From Leucoraja ocellata (taxonomy: Eukaryota): DNA of 64,000 bases. Location: NCBI GenBank assembly GCA_036785375.1, contig JAWMAR010000864.1, forward strand, positions 434,001 to 498,000, given 5' to 3'. This document shows positions 45,001 to 57,000 of the stretch, piece by piece. The notes under the pieces are model-generated. The model was not told the DNA's origin. It did not search any database and saw only the letters and a program-made list of their open reading frames with translations. A program made the translations under genes and the position numbers. How positions within the stretch are numbered: position 1 is the stretch's first letter; every line of letters starts with the position of its first letter.

Positions 45001-48000
45001 AATCATCTCATTATTTAATGTGTGGATTTGGAGCTTAACAACATGAATCATTTTACGTGACAATCTACAAACTAACTGTATGAACAATGAGTTGTTCAAT
45101 TTTACGTGTCAACCTACAAATGCCCTTCTACCCCACAATTTCCTCCCCCACTCTTCCCTGTGCTACACTTGAATATGCACCCATTTTCCCCTTTTCTCTT
45201 CACCCCTTCCCTACCCCCATTCTCCTCCTCCACTATGCTTCCTCAACTTTCATGATTAATTTGACTTCTATGCCTAACTTCCTATATTGAACCTTTTGTC
45301 TTCTCATCAGGATTTTCTGTAACCATTTGCCAATCAACTGCTCCCTCCCCATCACTTGTATCCCCGTATCACTTGCCACACTTTGTCATCCCCTTCCCAC
45401 CTCTCTTGCAGCTTTCTCACCCCTACTGCAATCAGTCTGAAGTAGGGCCCGACCAAAAACTCTGCCAACCCATGTTCTCCAGATTTGCCGACTGACCCGC
45501 TGAGATACTCCAGCACATCGTGTCTTTCTCTGTTAGAATTTATATTGACTTTGCACTGATATTTGTAGGAAATGTGTTTATGAGATTATCATCTTTACCA
45601 TTTGGAATCACTGTGCATTAACAATTTGGAGACAAAGGAATGCAATTTTCATGATTTAATTGGAAATTGTTTTGTGAGTTACCTGAATGATTTCACGTCA
45701 CATTTTAAGAATGTTGCATTGACACTGCTGTTCTCAAACAGGTCTGCGAGCTGGGGGCAAGATAAATTGTGTTAGAATTAGACATAAAAAGGGGATGAAT
45801 AAGTAGTATATCAGCAGAAAACTAATTGGTAAACTCTCTCACCTCATTTGCAATCATTTTTGCTGTTTCTGAAGGGTTTGCTTGAATTTCTTCAATAGAC
45901 AGATTGTCAACAATGAAAGTCACGTTGTATTTAATGGGATTTGTTACCTCGGTTGGAACTGGAAGTGTGGAAATAGAGTAAGCAATTTAGCATGTTGTGA
46001 GTACCACGATTTTCAAATATGTTTAAAAACTGTTTCCCAGTACTGGATTTCTACAGAGTTTAAGCAACAGATGGAGAAGAACAAATGTAGCTTAAGACAA
46101 TTATTTCATGCATTTGATACAAACTCACCATTGACATTGTGCTGTACATTGAAATCTGAAAACAAACAGAGAAATAAAGGTTGAAATTTAAATGTTTGTG
46201 CAAAGGCAGGCTCCGAAGAGCAAGACTGTGAATGAATTTAAGGTTTGCTTTCTCAGATCCTATAGGATATCATGCCTGGTTGTCCCTGATCTAAATATGT
46301 AAATACCAAAGAACTTGTCTATAAATCAATAGTTACTGTAGATTGGACAAATACAATATGAAGAAAAACACCAAGGAATATTTTGATAAGTACCGTCTAC
46401 ATAGAGGCTGTTGCTTTGCAGTTCGTATGGCCCCAGCGAGGAAATGTCTTTGGTCATCTCGCTAAATTCATCATAAACATCTTCTCGGTTGATGGGTTCC
46501 ATGGTGGACACATTTTGAAATAAACATTCAGCTGTCACTCTGGTGCTGTTAACCATTTTCTCTCTGCGATAAAGCAAAAGACATTTGTGATAAGTGTAAA
46601 ATAATTTGGTGCAAAGTTGTTTGCAATGCCAGCAAGAGCACAGCTGAAATGTTGCCGTGGCTCATTACTGGTGATAAAGCAATGGTCAGAGAAATCCGAC
46701 TCACAACTTGTCCGTCTCCAGCCCATCTATAGACCGAGGGAGACCATATTTAAGGTGGAGGAAAATCATCTCATTATCTGATGTGTGAATTTGGAGCTTA
46801 ACAATATGAATCATTATACGTGTCAACCTACAAACTAACTGTATGAACAATGAGTTGTTCAATTTTACGTGTCAACCTACAAATGCCCCTCTACCCCACA
46901 AATATTCCCCCACTCTTCCCTGTGCTACACTTGAATGTGCACACATTTTCCACTTTTCCCTTCACTCCTTCCCTACCCCATTCTCCACTTCCACTATGCT
47001 TCCTCAACTTTGATAATTAAGTTGTCTTTTATGCCAAACTCCCTATATTAAACATAGAAACATAGAAAATAGGTGCAGGAGTAGGCCATTCGGCCCTTCG
47101 AGCCTGCACCGCCATTCAATATGATCATGGCTGATCATCCAACTCAGTATCCTGTTCCTGCCTTCTCTCCATGCCCCCTGATCCCTTTAGCCACAAGGGC
47201 GACATCTAACTCCATCTTAAATATAGCCAATGAACTGGCCTCAACTATCTTCTGCGGCAGAGAATTCCAGAGATTCACCACTCTCTGTGTGAATATTGAA
47301 CCTTTTGTCTTCTCATTTTAGGATTTTCTGTAACCATTTGCCAATCAACTGCTCCCTCCCCATCACTTGTATCCCCGTATCACTTGCCACACTTTGTCAT
47401 CCCCTTCCCACCTCTATTGCAGCTTTCTCACCCCTACTGCAATCAGTCTGAAGTAGGGCCCGACCAAAAACTCTGCCAACCCATGTTCTCCAGATTTGCC
47501 GACTGACCCGCTGAGATACTCCAGCACATCGTGTCTTTTTCTGTTAGAATTTATATTGACTTTGCACTGATATTTGTAGGAAATGTGTTTATGAGATTAT
47601 TATCTTTACCATTTGGAATCACTGTGCATTAACAATTTGGAGACAAAGGAATGCAATTTTCATGATTTAATTGGAAATTTTTTTGTGAGTTACCTGAATG
47701 ATTTCACGTCACATTTTAAGAATGTTGCATTGACACTGCTGTTCTCAAACAGGTCTGTGAGCTGGGGGCAAGAAAAATGGTGTTAGAATTAGACATAAAA
47801 AGGGGATGAATAAGTAGTATATCAGCAGAAAACTAGTTGGTAAACTCTCTCACCTCATTTGCAATCATGGTTGCTGTTTCTGAAGGGTTTGCTTGAATTT
47901 CTTCAATAGACAGATTGTCAACAATGAAAGTCACATTGTATTTAATGGGATTTGTTACCTCGGTTGGAACTGGAACTGTGGAAATAGCGTAAGCAATTTA

Positions 48001-51000
48001 GCATGTTAAGAGTACCACGATTTTCAAATAGTTTAAAAACTGCTTCCCAGTACTGGAATTCAACAGAGTTTAAGCAACAGATGGAGAAGAACAAATGTAG
48101 CGTAAGCCAATTATTTCATGCATTTGATACAAACTCACCATTGACATTGTGCTGTCCATTGAAATCTGAAAACAAACAGAGAAATATAGGTAGAACTTTA
48201 AATGTTCAAGTTTAGGCAACCTTTAAAAACCCACCAACCACAACAACACCTGGGCATGCACCTAGTAAACTCCTTCCACTTGCCCTCCATCTACATTCCT
48301 TTTTCTTGCTTCAAATTTGCAACTCTTCAATCCTTTCCCTCACACTTTATGTTTTTTCATCTCTGGCCTTTTGTCCAACCTTCTGCATATCTAAACTCCA
48401 CCTCACCTGTGTCCACCTATTAATGACGTGCTTTGTACTGCCTCCCTTCTCTTACAGCTTTCTTCTTCTCTCCCCACCACCCCACAATCAGTCTGAAGAA
48501 GGATCTTGAGCTGAAATGTCACCCATTCACGTTCTCCAGTGATGCTGCCTGACCCGCTGAGTTACTCTAGCACTTTGTTTCTTCTAAAAAAGCATGCAAC
48601 TTTTTAATGGGGTATTTTTTTCCCTCTCCTTGAATATTTATCAGGAAGAAAATCCTTTTGTGAGTGGGTCATACCAGTGAGGCAGTGTGTTTGTGCAAAG
48701 GCAGGCTCCGAAGAGCAAGACTGTGAATTAATTTAAGGTTTGCTTTCTCAGATCCTATAGGATATCATGCCTGGTTGTCCCCGATCTAAATATGTAAATA
48801 CCAAAGAACTTGTCTACAAATCAATAGTTACTGTAGATTGGACAAATACAATATGAAGGAAAACACCAAGGAATATTTTGATAAGTACCGTCTACATAGA
48901 GGCTGTTGCTTTGCAGTTTGTATGGCCCCAGTGAGGAAATGCCATCGGTCTTCTCGCTAAATTCATCATAAACATCTTCTCGGTTGATGGGTTCCATGGT
49001 GGGCACATTTTGAAATAAACATTTAGCTGTCACTCTGCTGCAGGTTACCATTTCCTCTCTGCGATAAAGCAAAAGTCATTTGTGATAAGTGCAAAAGAAT
49101 TTAGTGCAAAGTTTTTTGCAATGCCAGCAAGAGCACAGCTGAAATGTTGCCGTGGCTCATTACTGGTGTCTAAGCAATGGTCAGAGAAATCCGACTCTCA
49201 ATTTGTCCGTCTCCAGCCCATCTTCAACCACGATGTGGCTTCCCATTCTAGGGCATCCATGATGTCGTCTTTCTAGTGTAAATATATATTAGCCTTGGCT
49301 GTTTTAGATGGATCCCTCACTCAAGTCTCCCCTAGATCTGCTCTCACACCACCCTCACCCAGACGGAACAATGATAGAGTTCCCCCCATCCTCAGTTGAC
49401 ACCCCAACTGTTACTAACACCACCTAATGCATTTGCTGCACTTTATGTGGTGTCCTATACGTTAGCAAGACCAAGCAGTATTTACGTGACTTTTTCGCCA
49501 AACATGTGCGGTCATCCAAGGTCTGCTGGAAATCCTGGTTGAAAAACAATTTATCTCCCTTGAAATTCCCAAACCAATCTGTCTGTCCTGGGCGTCATCC
49601 ATTGCAGAGTGAGGCCACACTCAAACTGGAGGAACAGCACCTCATATTTCGAAGAGTAGCATAGATCCTTATGTATTTGTCCCACTTAAGTGATATTTTC
49701 AGTGACTGCCGGCCACTGCCATAGTCGTAGCAGGTCACCGAAAAACCGGCAACTGGACCCCCCTACAACAAAACTTTGCCTCGCCAGCGTCCACAGAATT
49801 GCTGCCTGACAAACTACCAGACTCTAGTACATTGTACCTTTTTCTGGTAGAAGTTATATTAATTCTACATGATATTTGTGGGAAATTTGCTTATGAGATT
49901 AATGCGTGTGCAAATTGGAATTATTGAGTGTTAACAATTGGAAATTAAAGGATGCGGTTTTTATCATTTAATAGGAAAGTTATTTTGAGTTACCTGAAGG
50001 ATTCCACAACACATGTCAAGAATGTAGCATTGACATTGCTATTTTTGAACAGGTCGATGAGCTGAAAACAGTAACAATAATTGAGTCAGAATGAGAAATA
50101 AAAAGGGTACGATGAAGTAAAACATCATCAGTAAACTAACTTGTAAAAAGCTCTCTCACCTCAGATGCAATCATGGTTGCTGTTTGTGAGGGGGTGTCTT
50201 GAATTTCGTCAATAGACAGGTTGTCAACAATGAATGTCACGTTGTAACTAGTGGGATTTGATTCCTCGACTGGAACTGTGGAAATAGAGGAATTCATTTA
50301 GCATGTTGCATGTACCACGATATTTCAATGGTTTGACAACGGTTTCCCTGTAATGGAATTAGTTGCAGCTGAGCAACAGATCAAGAAGAACAAATGTGAT
50401 CTGAGGCAATTGTTTGATGCATTTGAGTGAAATGTTGCACAAGATGTCGACTGGAAAATTTGTGGGTTGTATCTAGCTTTGGCCGAGAAATCTGATTCAA
50501 AAATACTTTTGTTAAAAAAAAACCTTGCGAACAGCACAGAGAGTTTTCAATTCATTCATTTCTCAACCAAGATTGTATTTGTGAATAAAGGGCAAGGCAT
50601 CATTTCACGAGTTTCAACAAATATTCTTGCAGAATATGGGTGCTGGATGTGTCATGTAAGCAGTGAACAAGCAAAGAAACCGGAAACAATTCAATGGAAG
50701 CCCAAACTCACCAATGACAATGGGCTGCACTGTGTAACCTGGAAGCAAAGAAAGAAACATATGCTGTTTACAACCAACAGGATCAACTTTGAGTTTTCCA
50801 ATTTTAAGTATCCTCGAACAAATTGCACCCTTCCCCACGTCCCTCTCCTGTGCCCCAACTGGCACAAATTTTTCCTCTCTTTAAGTCTCTTTAAGACTTT
50901 AAGATTCACTTTCCCAAAGCCCATTGGACATCAAACCTGATCCTCCTGGATCTGAATATGTAATTACCAAAGGTCTTGACTCCGTCAACACCAACGGTAG

Positions 51001-54000
51001 ATGGCAGGAAATAGAATACATAGAAAAAGTTGAGGATTATTTTGATAAGTACCATCAACATAGAGGCTGTCAATTTGCAATGGATATTGTCCCAGAGTGG
51101 TCATCTTATAGGTCCGCTCTCTAAATACATCATAAACCACTTCTTGCTTGATGGGTTCCATGGTGGACACATTTTGGAATGAACAATCAGCTGTAACTCT
51201 GGTGCTGTTAGCCATGACCTCTCTGCAAAAAAGCAAAAGACATTTATAAAAATAATTTAGTGCAAAGTAGTTGCAATGTTAGAAAGAGCACACCTGAAAT
51301 GTTGCTGCAGCTGATTACAGGGGTAGAAGTAATGGTCAGAGAAATCCAATACTCAGTTTATTCATCTCCACCGCATCTGTTTCCATGATGCTTTCCCATT
51401 CTATGCATCTGACACATCCTTTTTTTTACTAGCCGTGGATTACCCTGTGCTGTCTCAGATGGATCCGTCACCCACGTCTCCTGAAGTTCTGCTCTTGCAT
51501 CCCTCTCACCCAGACTGTCCAAGGAGAGAGTGCCCCTCATTCTTAGATTTCCACACAAGTCTCTAAACCCATCTCCTGCATTTGCTGCTCTAGATGTCGT
51601 CCCCTTTACATCGGCAAGTCCAAACATCGTCTAGGTGACCGTTTTTTTCCGAACACGTGCAGGGTCGACTAAGGTCTGCTGGGTTTCCCGGTTGCAAAAG
51701 ATTTTAACTCCCCTTCCCATTCCCATAACGACGTGTCTGGGTCGAGACTCATCGATAGCCAGAGGGAGACCACATTTAAGCTGGAGGAAAATCACCTCAT
51801 AATCTGATGTGTAGGTTTGGGGTCTAACAATATGAATAATTTTACGTTACAACCTACAAACTAACTGTATGAACAATGAGTTGTTCAATTTTACATGTCA
51901 ACCTACAAATGCCCCCCTTCCCCATCATTTTCCCCGACTCTCCCCTGTGCTATACCTGAATATGCACCAATTTTCCGCTTTCCCTTCCCCCCCCCCCTCC
52001 CCTCTCTCCATTCTCCCCTTCCACTATGCTTCCTCAACTTTCATAATTAATTTGACTTCTATGCCTAATTCCCTGTATTGAACCTTTTGGCTTTTCATGT
52101 CTGAAGATTTCAACAACCATTTGCCAATCAACTGCACCCTCCCCATCACTTGTATCCTCGCATCACTTGCCACATGTTGTCATCCCCTTTCCACCTCTCT
52201 GGCAGCTTTCTCACCCCGACTGCAATCAGTCTGAAGAAAGGCCCAACCCAAAATTCTGCCAAACCATGTTCTTCAGATATGCCGACTGACCCGCTGAGAT
52301 ACTCGAGCACATCATAGAAACATAGAAACATAGAAGATAGGTGCAGGGGGAGGCCATTCAGCTCTTTGAGCCGGCACCGCCATTCATTGTGATCATGGCT
52401 GATCGTCCCCAATCAATAACCCGTTGTGGTCACTATCTCACTTCTTTTGTGAAGTTTGCTCTTTTTCCTGAAATTGCCATTTCGGTAATAGTGACTTCAG
52501 TTGGAAGATTTTTTATCCTATTTGGTCGACTCAAGCCTAGTTACTGGTGAATCCTGAAGATAGAAGCGGGACAGGCAGCATCTCTGAATAGAAGGAATGG
52601 GAGATGTTTCCCATCCTTCTATCCTTCTCTCCAGAGATGCTGCCTGTCCCACTGAGTAACTCCCGCATTTTGCGTCTATCTTCGGTGTAAACCAGCATCT
52701 GCAGTTCCTTCCAACACATTTCACCTCCTGGTGAATCCCGGCACCTATCCTTGCTATGATCACCAGACAGCTGCCAGGGTTGAAGACAGAGTTCATCTGT
52801 CTCTCTGCATCGTGTCTTATTCTGTTAGAATTTATATTGACTTTGCACTGATATTTGTAGGAAATGTGTTTATGAGATTATCATCTTTTCCATTTGGAAT
52901 CACTGTGCATTAACAATTTGGTGACAAAGGAAACGCAATTTTCATGATTTCATTGGAAAGTTTTTTGTGAGTTACCTGAGAGATTTCACGTCACATTTTA
53001 AGAATGTTGCATTGATATTGCTGTTCTGAAACAGTTCTGTGAGCTGGGGGCAAGAAAAATGGTGTTATAATGAGACATAAAAAGGGTCTGAATAAGTAGT
53101 ATATCAGCAGAAAACTAATTGGTAAACTCTCTCACCTCATTTGCAATCATTGTTGCTGTTTCTGAAGGGTTTGCTTGAATTTCTTCAATAGACAGATTGC
53201 CAACAATGAAAGTCACGTTGTATTCAATTGGATTTGTTACCTCGATTGGAACTGGAACTGTGGAAATAGAGTAAGCAATTTAGCATGTTGTGAGTTTCCC
53301 AGGACTGAAATTCTACAGAGTTTAAGCAACAGATGGAGACGAACAAATGTAGCGTAAGCCAATTATTTCATGCATTTGATACAAACTCACCATTGACATT
53401 GTGCTGTCCATTGAAATCTGAAAACAAACAGAGAAATATAGGTAGAACTTTAAATGTTCAAGTTTAGGCAACCTTTAAAAACCCACCAACCACAACAACA
53501 ACTGGGCATGCACCTAGTAAACTCCTCCCCCTTGCCCTCCATCTACGTTCCTTTTTCTGGCTTCAAATTTGCAACTCTTCAATCCTTTTCCCTCACACTT
53601 TATGTTTTTTCGTCTCTGGCCTTTTGTCCAACCTTCTGCGTATCTAAACTCCACCTCACCTGTGTCCACCTATTAATGACGTGCTTTGTACTGCCTCCCT
53701 TCTCTTACAGCTTTCTTCTTCTCCCCCCACCACCCCACAATCTGTCTGAAGAAGGATCTTGAGCTGAAATGTCACCCATTCACGTTCTCCAGTGATGCTG
53801 TCTGACCCGCTGAGTTACTCTAGCACTTTGTTTCTTCTAAAAAAGCATGTAACTTTTTAATGGGGGTTTTTTTTTTTACCTCTCCTTGAACATTTATCAG
53901 GAAGAAAACCCTTTTGTGAGTGGGTCATACCAGTGAGGCAGTGTGTTTGTGCAAAGGCAGGCTCCGAAGAGCAAGACTGTGAATGATTTTAAGGTTTGCT

Positions 54001-57000
54001 TTCTCAGATCCTATAGGATATCATGCCTGGTTGTCCCTGATCTAAATATGTAAATACCAAAGAACTTGTCTATAAATCAATAGTTACTGTAGATTGGACA
54101 AATACAATATGAAGAAAAACACCAAGGAATATTTTGATAAGTACCGTCTACATAGAGGCTGTAGCTTTGCAGTTTGTATGGCCCCAGTGAGGAAATGCCA
54201 TCGGTCTTCTCGCTAAATATATCATAAACATCTTCTCGGTTGATGGGTTCCATGGTGGGCACATTTTGAAATAAACATTTAGCTGTCACTCTGCTGCAGG
54301 TTACCATTTCCTCTCTGCGATAAAGCAAAAGACATTTGTGATAAGTGCAAAAGAATTTAGTGCAAAGTTGTTTGCAATGCCAGCAAGAGCACAGCTGAAA
54401 TGTTGCCGTGGCTCATTACTGGTGTCTAAGCAATGGTCAGAGAAATCCGACTCTCAATTTGTCCGTCTCCAGCCCATCTTCAACCACGATGTGGCTTCCC
54501 ATTCTAGGGCATCCATGATGTTGTCTTTCTAGTGTAAATATATATTAGCCTTGGCTGTTTTAGATGGATCCCTCACCCAAGTCTCCCCTAGATCTGCTCT
54601 CACACCACCCTCACCCAGACGGAACAAGGATATCCTTAGTTTACACCACAACTGTTACTAACACCACCTAATGCATTTGCTGCACCTTATGTGATATCCT
54701 ATACGTTAGCAAGACCAAACAGTATCAAGGTGACTTTTTCGCCAAACATGTGCAGTCATCCAAGGTCTGCTGGAAATCCTGGTTGAAAAACAATTTATCT
54801 CCCTTTCCATTCCCAAACCAATCTGTCTGTCCTGGGCCTCATCCATTGCAGAGTGAGGCCACACTCAAACTGGAGGAACAGCACCTCATATTTCGAAGAG
54901 TAGCTTAGATCCTTATGTATTTGTCCCACTTAAGCGATATTTTCGGTGACTGCCGGCGACTGCCATAGTCATAGCAGGTCACCGAAAAACCGGCAACTGG
55001 ACCCCCCTAGAACAAAACGTTGCCTCGCCAGTGTCTACAGAATTGCTGCCTGACTCACTACCAGACTCTAGTACATTGTACCTTTTTCTGGTAGAATTTA
55101 TATTAATTCTACATGATATTTGTGGGAAATTTGCTTATGAGATTAATGCGTGTGCAAATTGGAATTATTGAGCGTTAACAATTGGAAATTAAAGGATGCG
55201 TTTTTTATCATTTAATAGGAAAGTTATTTTGAGTTACCTGAAGGATTCCACAACACATGTCAAGAATGTAGCATTGACATTGCTATTTTTGAACAGGTCG
55301 GTGAGCTGAAAGCAGTAACAATAATTCAATTCAATTTCAATTCAAGTTTAATGGTCGCATACTCAATTATACAGGTATAACCAGTAGTGAAATGCTTAAG
55401 TACCTGTCCAGTTGCGCATGGTTCCCCACTTACACATAACCCACATAAAACAATACCCACATATAACACATACCCCATAGATATACCACATAACAAGTAG
55501 TGCTGTTACAAGCAAAGTGACAAGTGCCGTGGAACACCTGTGATGACAGCATGTTCCAGCCAGTTCAGTCCCATGTGTGTGTTTGATGGTGGCGAGGCGG
55601 GGCGGGGGGTTTGGGCGGGGTTGCAGGTGCTGGTGAGGAGGGTGGGGAGGGTTTGGGCGTTGGGGAGCTGGGGGGGGGAGGGGGGGGCGGCGACACTCAG
55701 TCCTCGTTCAGCAGTCTCATGGCCTGGGGAAAGAAACTCCTCCTCATTCTCTCCGTGTTGGCCCTGAGCAGCCAGTACCATTTCCCTGAGGGCAGCAGGG
55801 AAAACAGTCTGTTGTTGGGGTGAGTGTGGTCCTGGATAATCCTCCTGGCTCTTGACCTGCAGCGCTTGGTGTAGATGTCCTGCAAGTTGGGAAGGGTGGT
55901 TTTGATGGTCCACTCAGCTGAGCGAACCACCCTCCTCAGAGCCAGTTGGTCCCTCTTGGTGATGATGCTCCCACTCAGGATGCTCTCCACAGTATGGGGA
56001 CTTGAGGGGGGGCTTGAAGTCCCTCAGCCATCTGAGATGGTAAAGACGCTGGTTGGCCTTCTTTACCAGGCTGCTGAGGTGGTGTGACCATGTCAGGTCC
56101 TGGGAGATGTGGATGCTGAGGTATCTGAAGCTCTCCACCCTCTCCACCTGGGCCCCGTTTATGCTGAGGGGGAGGAAGCTCCTCTGCTGCTTCCTGGAGA
56201 AGTCCACTATGAGCTCCTTGGTCTTGGAGGTGTTCAGCTCCAGGTTATTCTCCCTACACCAGTTTGCCAGGTGGATGATTTCAGAGTGGTGGGCTGCCTC
56301 ATCATTGTTTGAGATTAGGCCTACCACTGCTGTGTCATCGGCAAACTTGACTATGATGTTAGAGTCTGAGATAGCCTTGCAGTCGTGGGTGTAGAGAGAA
56401 TACAGCAGAGTGCTCAGCACACAACCCTGGGGGGGCCCCAGTGTTGAGGGTGAGGGAGGATGACATGTGATGGCCCACACATTCTAATTGAGTCAGAATG
56501 AGAAATAAAAAGGGTACGATGAAGTAAAGCATCATCAGTAAACTAACTTGTAAACTCTCTCACCTCAGATGCAATCATGGTTGCTGTTTGTGAGGGGTTG
56601 TCTTGAATTTCGTCAATAGACAGACTGTCAACAATGAATGTCACGTTGTAACTAGTGGGATTTGATTCCTCGACTGGAACTGTGGAAATAGAGGAATTCA
56701 TTTAGCATGTTGCAAGTACCACGATATTTCAATAGTTTAACAACTGTTTTCCTGTAATGGAATTAGTCGCAGCTGAGCAACAGATCAAACAGAACAAATG
56801 TGATCTGAGGCAATTGTTTGATGCATTTGAGTGAAATGCTGCACAAGATGTCGACTGGAAATTTTGTGGGTTGTATCTAGCTTTGGCTGAGAAATCTGAT
56901 TCAAAAATGCTTTTGGTAAAAAAAAACCTTTCGAACAGCACAGAAAGTTTTCAATTCATTCATTTCTCAACCAAGATTGTATTTGTGAATAAAGGGCAAG

